A DNA stretch of 30,891 nt from Octopus sinensis (taxonomy: Eukaryota). Shown here one piece after another: positions 23,667-30,891 of this stretch. Where the stretch lies: assembly GCF_006345805.1 (NCBI RefSeq), contig NW_021832199.1, forward strand, positions 1 to 30,891, read 5' to 3'. The position numbers and the translations under genes were made by a program. The notes beneath the pieces were generated by a model. The model was given only the letters and a program-made list of their open reading frames with translations, ran no database searches and was not told the DNA's origin. Position 1 is the first letter of the stretch, and each line of letters starts with the position of its first letter.

Positions 23667-23825
23667 GGTGCAGGTGTGGCTTGTGGTAAGAAACTTGTTT
23701 TCCAATCACATGGTTTCAGGTTCAGTCCAACGCGTGGGACCTTCGGCAGGTGTTTTCTTCTATAGCCCCGAGCCGACCATGTTTTGATAGATTTGGTAGA
23801 CAGAAACTGAATGAAGCTCGTCGTA
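23667..23825 (+). mobile_element. SINE family A 5' half, diverged
   Basis: Head GGTGCAGGTGTGGCTTGTGGTAAG...GGTTCAGTCC...GATTTGGTAGACAGAAACTGAA. Confidence 0.8.
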
Positions 23826-23944
23826 TGTGTGTGTGTGTGTAAATATATATATATTATATATATATATATATATATTATATATATTTAGATATATATATAT
23901 ATTATATATATATATATTATATATATATATATATATATATTAAA

Positions 23945-24169
23945 ATACAAAATATTCTATAATTATATACATAATTATAATCAGGGATCAGCTAAATGCC
24001 TCGCACGTACTGAATTAGAAATAGACGCTAGTGTCTTTTCAACTACCATAAAAATCTCGAGACATGGTAGTTGAAAATACATTAGCGTCTATTTCTAATT
24101 CAGTACGTGGCAAGGCACTCAACTGACCCCTGATTATAATTATGCATATAATTATAGAATATTTTGTAT
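23945..24169. repeat. 225-bp fold-back element (105-bp arms, 14-nt loop)
   Basis: Arms 23945-24049 and 24064-24169 are reverse complements with 8 substitutions and 1 indel. Confidence 0.92.
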
Positions 24170-24521
24170 AATTTACCTAAAAAGGATTTTTGACATACTG
24201 ACTACTCGGTAAAATTATTAATCAATTAATTAATTTTACCCTATATTATTATTAAAATTATGTATTTATTTACTTATCAAAAGGGTACACAAGGCGCCTA
24301 ACTACTAGAAAGAGGAGTTAAAACCCTCAGTTAAACCACCAATAACACTGAAAAAATTTCAGAAAAACAACAGTAGTCGGACGAACGGGTTAAATAGTTT
24401 TGACATAACAGACAGACAGCTACATATTTTGTTGTTTGGATACACATGAGTCATGAATGCAACCACCTATATTATTGTTGTTATTATCAACTGTATAAAT
24501 ATTGACTTCTGAACATTAACT

Positions 24522-24985
<464 letters not shown>

Positions 24986-25175
24986 AGGACAGTATTGGGC
25001 GAAACTACGTGGTCATTCCAGACTCCGACTGAAGAAGCAATTGGCTGCGAATGATCTGTGTCTTGTTTTGTCCTGTCTGCTCTTGTTGTGGCATCGTTCT
25101 TTTCCTGCTTGTTATGTTTTGACGATTTCCGTTTGTTGTTTTTACCTTTGATATGTGTGTGTGTGTGTGTAGTGA

Positions 25176-25345
25176 GAATTTACAAAAACAAACAAACAAA
25201 AGACGAAGATAGGTACGTAAACAACAAACAGATGTATTAGTTTAACGCACGGGAAGTTAGAAAGTCTTTTACGTTTCGAGCCTACACTATTCGACAGAAA
25301 GGAACTCAGAAATAAACTGGGAGAGAAAATAGAAAATAATTGCCT
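25176..25345 (-). mobile_element. HHR-A repeat monomer
   Basis: Homologous to 4868-5030. Confidence 0.75.
25266..25301 (-). ncRNA. Hammerhead-like motif HHR-A copy 4 (helix II decayed)
   Basis: CTTT-CTGTCGA-A-TAGT(GTAG)GCTC-GAAAC-GTA-AAAG. Confidence 0.5.
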
Positions 25346-25805
25346 GCTTTTTTATTGCGAACGCGAACTTTTGAGAATCCTCTTAAGATCTTTGGTTTAT
25401 ATTTCATTGTTATTTTCTTTGTTCATTCTTTTTCTCCTTTACTCTTTTAATGGCTTCACTTATTCAACATTGACCACGCTGGAGCACTTCCTTCAAAGGT
25501 AACGACTTCAAGGATTTATCTGATTGCTGTCCTCTCAACCTCGTGGGTGAAAGAAGGGTAACGTTGAGTGGGCGAAAAGAAGATGGAGGTCCCAGACGGA
25601 TCAAAATACCAAAAGAGATGTGAACTTAGAACTTAGAGAACCAGAAAAAATACTACAAAGCACTTTCTCCGATGCTCTACTGACCCTATGAATTGTTCGC
25701 CATTGTAGATGCCAAAACGGTAGAATCTAGGGAAATTAATGATGTTTTTACGTGAGCAAAAAATACAGCAAGGAATAAATTTTATTGCCGGGAGAAAAAA
25801 AAGAA

Positions 25806-25841
25806 ATTTAATGTTTCGGGTAAAAACCCTTCGTCAGAGAG
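25806..25841 (-). ncRNA. Hammerhead-like motif, family C (cleavage triplet and helix I decayed)
   Basis: CTCT-CTGACGA-A-GGGT(TTTT)ACCC-GAAAC-ATT-AAAT. Confidence 0.45.
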
Positions 25842-26014
25842 AGAATCTGAGTATGTCCTCTTCTTCCTCTTTTTCTTTTTTTCTTTTTTGCTCTGCAGAA
25901 TACAAAGAAAGTTACTCAAGTAATTCGACATGAAATTCAGCGATCCCAGTTTGTCTCGGTTGACTTCGCTTCTGGATTCACGGGAGACAACACTCCATCT
26001 CACGTTAAAATTAT

Positions 26015-26424
26015 TACTGCCATCATCGTTGTCGTTGTCATCATCATCACCATCACTGTCGTTGTCGTCGCCGTTGTTATCATCGTTGTCATCATCATCA
26101 TCAACATCATCGTCGTCGTCGTCGTTTTCATCATCTTTGTTGTCATCATCGTCATCACATTATCGTCATCAACGCCATCGTCCTCATCACCATCACCATT
26201 ATGGATGAAATGAGGCTCCAAGACGAATGCTAAAGCTGGCGGCTGCAAGGCGTTTTCCATCTCCAGCAATTTTACCCTCTGACACCAAACAATCTTGGTC
26301 AGGAAGTCACCGATGATTGCACTGTCAGATCAAAGATTCTCGGAAATGATTTATAATTTCCGAAAGGGAGATTCTCTGGCACTTTTTCTGACATTAAACG
26401 ATGATGATGATGATGATGATGAAA

Positions 26425-26466
<42 letters not shown>

Positions 26467-26476
26467 CAGCAGCAGC

Positions 26477-26515
<39 letters not shown>

Positions 26516-26526
26516 TGTTGTTGTTG

Positions 26527-26572
<46 letters not shown>
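26015..26572. repeat. Compound trinucleotide arrays (CAT/CGT; GAT/TAG/CAG/TTG)
   Basis: Direct reading; unique spacer at about 26200-26400. Confidence 0.9.
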
Positions 26573-26806
26573 GAGGCGACGAGTCGGGAGAATTGCTTGT
26601 GCGGCGTCGGGGAAAATAAATGGTTTGGTGGCATTTCTTCAAGCTTATCTTTACGTCCTGAGCTCAAATCCACCCGAGAGGTTTAGTTTGCCTTTCATTC
26701 TTTCGGGGGTCGATAAATTAAGTACATCTCAAGCACGGGGGTCAATGTAATCGAATAGATCCCTCTCACAAAATTCCAGGTTTTGTGCCGGTAGAAGAAA
26801 GGACTG
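26573..26806 (+). mobile_element. SINE family B, diverged
   Basis: GCCTTTCATTCTTTCGGGGGTCGATAAATTAAGTAC core. Confidence 0.8.
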
Positions 26807-26894
26807 TTATAATAATAATAATAACAACAACAACAAACAACAACAGCAACAGCAGCAGCAGCAGCACCGAAATATAGCTTAGAAATTTTCCCAA

Positions 26895-26940
26895 GACACC
26901 CGTTGAAGGCTGGAGGGTATATCAGCCGAAACGTTGTGTT
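26895..26940 (+). ncRNA. Hammerhead-like motif HHR-B copy 2 (core mutated), inside element remnant 26866-26990
   Basis: GACAC-CCGTTGA-A-GGCTG(GAGGGTATAT)CAGCC-GAAAC-GTT-GTGTT; same downstream tail as 20451-20500. Confidence 0.55.
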
Positions 26941-27030
26941 AACAACAAACAAGATGACGACAAATATCCGTCAAATGTAAATAATGTATGGAAAGCTACT
27001 GTTACGAGCAGTCTGTCCCTGGCATGCTCT

Positions 27031-27328
27031 GACACTCCTTCGGCTACGATGATGTGGGTTCCAGTTGATCCGTTCAGTGGGACTGCCTGCTCGTGCAAAT
27101 TAACCTGCAGATGACTGAGCACTACATAGATGCGCGTAACCCCTTAATATAGTTCTCGGGGAGATTCAGCGTGACACAAAATGTGACATGGCCGTCCCTT
27201 TGAATTACATAGAGTGGAGCAACGTGAAATAAAGTGTCTTGTTCAAGGATACAACGCACCGCCGTGAATCGAACTCGCAACCTTACGACCGTGAGCCCTA
27301 ATGCCCTTACCACTAAACCACATGCCTT
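27031..27328 (-). mobile_element. SINE family C
   Basis: Homologous to 13164-13534. Confidence 0.8.
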
Positions 27329-27364
27329 TACAGTATGCTCCGCATCAGGCACGGATAATCTTTT

Positions 27365-28000
27365 TACGAGAAGCGAGTAGCCAGAAACATGGATCATCAT
27401 CAGGCGAGCCGCACTGCTAAAGGATTTCAAGGTAATTCTTTCGCTCGGCGTGCCATCTAGCAAGTCCCACGGGCCGCAGTTTTCTCGTGAGTACTCTACC
27501 TGCCGTGGTGCCTTTCTTCTCGTATCTGTACATGCTATTTTTCAAAATATTCCATTGGTGGTTTATTTTCTATGCAAGATCCTGTGGAAACCGTGTCGGC
27601 TTTGTTGTACCGCACCTTGAACATTTTAGTCACCTTAAGGTCACTTATTTTTTTGTGGTCCTTTTCCTACTTCCCCTTTAATGCTCTCTTCCGTAATTTG
27701 CTCTTCTTGCTGTTCCTTCATCTTGCTCAATAACAACACGATGGGCGAGGGCGGGAGAGCTGGTTGTGATGATTCGCTTATTCCTTGATCCTAACATGAA
27801 GTGATTTGGAACTGGGACTGAAGCCGATCTAGAGACTTGGACTTGTTTTTACTGGTCTCTGCGGCCTTCCTTTCACATTTCCTTTTCTAGTTCTCGAGGT
27901 AAAAAAAATGCCCTCACATGGCACTTGCCGTCACAGTTGTAACAGTTCAAATTTTTTTTTTGTCTTGCACCATCAGCCCTTCATCTGTGCTCCTTCAAAT
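27365..28000 (-). pseudogene. Decayed retroelement gag/ORF1-like remnant with a zinc-knuckle relic
   Basis: Minus strand 27944-27908 reads CYNCDGKCHVRA, similar to a CX2CX4HX4C knuckle (the last Cys is lost), followed by purine-rich low-complexity coding-like sequence with stops. Confidence 0.5.
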
Positions 28001-28599
28001 GGGCACAACTGCTGTATGACTCTGTGGTCTTGAAGAGTCATAAGGATCTATAGCGACCCCTCTTGTTTGAGGTCGATGTAACCGACTACCCCCATCCACC
28101 CCTTCTTAAAACTGTTTTCTTTGTGCCAAAATTTGGAAAAATTATTGTATTTTTTCAAAAGGTTTCGTTTATATTTGCTTAACAATAACTATGTTCCCTT
28201 CGTTTCCGTGTTTCGTTTTTTTTCCCTCCCAAAGTGCAAATGTCAAAGCTTTTGCCTATTTTAGAGACGTGTTTCGTCGACATTCTTATGTTGAATGTCG
28301 GTTAGCGCGAACACACACACACACAGACACATACACGAAGGACCACAGAAATGTCTCTCTCGTTTGCTGAATAAATGAGAAAAATTAAAATGAAATTGGC
28401 ATTCAATTCTCTTTTAATTAATTCCAAAGGAAATAACGGAAAAAAGTCATCCATTTTAATTTTCTGAAAACAATATGTCACACTTGGTTATCCATAACGG
28501 GTTTTGGAAATATATCTTTGCGTCACAAGAAACAACAACAAGAACAAGAATTGTCTCCAACAAAGGCAGAAGACCGGCGAAACCATCAACCATATTACA

Positions 28600-29427
<828 letters not shown>

Positions 29428-29444
29428 ATATAATAATAATAATA

Positions 29445-29831
29445 CTCTTTTCCTTGTGTCAGTCATTTGACTGCGGCCACGCTGGAGCACTGCCTTTAGT
29501 CCAGCAAATCGACTTCTTTGTAAGCTTAGTACTTATTCCATCGGTCTCTTTTGCCGAACTGCTAAGTTACAGGGACGTAAACACACCAGGTTGTCAAGCG
29601 ATGTTGGTGTGACAAACACAGACACACAAACACACACACACGCACATATATATACATATACATATATACGACGGGCTTCTTTCAGTTTCCATCTACCATA
29701 TCTGCTCACAAGGCTTTGGTCGGCCCTAGGCTATAGTAGAAGACACTTGCCCAAAGTGCCACGCAGTGGGACTGAACCCGGAACCATGTGGTTGGTAAGC
29801 AAGCTACTTCCACAAAGCCACTCCTGCGTCT
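29445..29831 (-). mobile_element. SINE family A, full length
   Basis: Reverse complement of consensus, from the tail to head AGACGCAGGAGTGGC. Confidence 0.9.
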
Positions 29832-30214
29832 ATTGTAATTATAATAATAATTTACATATGTATCTATTTTCCATGAAGGCGACAAATGATATGGCGAGGA
29901 CAAATTACAAAAACAGTAATAGTGTATATTTAAATCGAATGGAGTCTGATTAAAAAATAACAGTTTCAAAATGAAATTTCTCAGTTCTAAGAACAGCTAG
30001 CTGAGGTTAACCTGGAAACCAGCGAGTCTCGAGTTAGCCTTACGGTCAAAGGTAAGGGCCTTCGCCAAGCAACAGTTTCCGCCAGCCTGCAGGTCCATGC
30101 TGATTGTAGGTCTCCTTTGTTCATTGAGGCTATGCTTACTACTTACTTCCATCTTTCAGAAATGCTGTTAGGAATTATCTTTACGTTCTGAGATCTGGGG
30201 TTGAAGTAGAAGAT

Positions 30215-30305
30215 ACGTACCGAACGTGCCTCGCAGTGGGATCTGAACTCGAGACCACGTGGTTGCGAAATGTACGTTTTGAGTACACAGCCGTGCCTGC
30301 ACATA
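30215..30305 (-). mobile_element. Degenerate SINE A-like head
   Basis: CGCAGTGGGATCTGAACTCGAGACCACGTGGTTG...CACAGCCGTGCCTGCAC. Confidence 0.6.
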
Positions 30306-30447
30306 AGCATGGCCCCACACATACACATGCACACACATTTATATAATATATATATATATATATAATAATATATATATATATTATATATATATATATATAT
30401 TATAATATATATATAATCAAAATAAGCAACAAGGATATCCAGAGGTA

Positions 30448-30536
30448 ATGCAGTACGATCGTTTCATGCGACTCATTTAATTGAACAATGAAAATATTAC
30501 ATCAATTTTAAAATGTAGAGCAATCTTCAGCTGCAT
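30448..30536 (-). ncRNA. Type I hammerhead ribozyme with an intact core and a palindromic GAUC tetraloop helix III, in element 30412-30665
   Basis: ATGCAG-CTGAAGA-TTGC...(long helix II)...GCAT-GAAAC-GATC-GTA-CTGCAT; perfect 6-bp helix I; predicted cleavage between 30454 and 30453. Confidence 0.75.
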
Positions 30537-30669
30537 AAAAACATAGAATTTAGTTAAACTCGAAGGATTCATTTGTATAGTTTTCCTATTATCCAAAATC
30601 ACAAAGAGGATAAGTAGATAGACAAAGAACTGAATTAACTGAATCTAATTTTACTGAACTTTATTATAT

Positions 30670-30702
<33 letters not shown>

Positions 30703-30891
30703 GCATGTATTCTCACGTGTATCTGTTTGTGCATGCGTGCGCGTGTGTATTTGGGTGTATAAAATATATTTTCACAATTGAGAAAATATTTATGATGCTT
30801 AATTTAATTTGAACGGATGCACTATTGTTTAGAACTGATAGAAAAAATAACCGTCATCATTTTTTATGAGACGGGTAAACCAGTAGCTATA

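Noticed and set aside
24995-25060. Possible tenth hammerhead (CTGAAGA-AGCAATTGGCTGC-GAAT; upstream GAAACTACGTGGTC)
   Set aside because: GAAA is broken and helix I does not pair in either topology.
28278-28300. 8-bp hairpin CGACATTC/GAATGTCG near a GAAAC
   Set aside because: No CUGANGA core; chance-level stem.

Overview
Eukaryotic, repeat-saturated, apparently non-coding (intronic or intergenic) DNA. The SINE complement and the dense (TA)n/(CA)n/(TAGA)n/(TATG)n/(AAT)n microsatellites point to an octopus (coleoid cephalopod) genome; this is recognition from memory, not a database hit. No intact protein-coding gene is supportable, and almost every listed ORF is a microsatellite translation artefact. 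The window holds at least 3 tRNA-derived SINE families (about 20 copies or fragments), hAT, pogo and mariner MITEs, a non-autonomous Helitron, decayed L1/Tx1-type LINE pieces and two long fold-back hairpins. The main unexplained signal is nine hammerhead-ribozyme-like motifs in about 31 kb, in five sequence families. All have type I topology with a minimal or palindromic helix III. They include one with an intact core (30448-30536), a four-copy family with a fixed CUGU-N-GA core variant (two copies in an approximately 215-bp tandem), and one inside an element with a tRNA-derived Pol III head (20451-20765). Ribozyme activity and novelty are untested. Repeat boundaries were set by eye and are approximate (about 10 nt).
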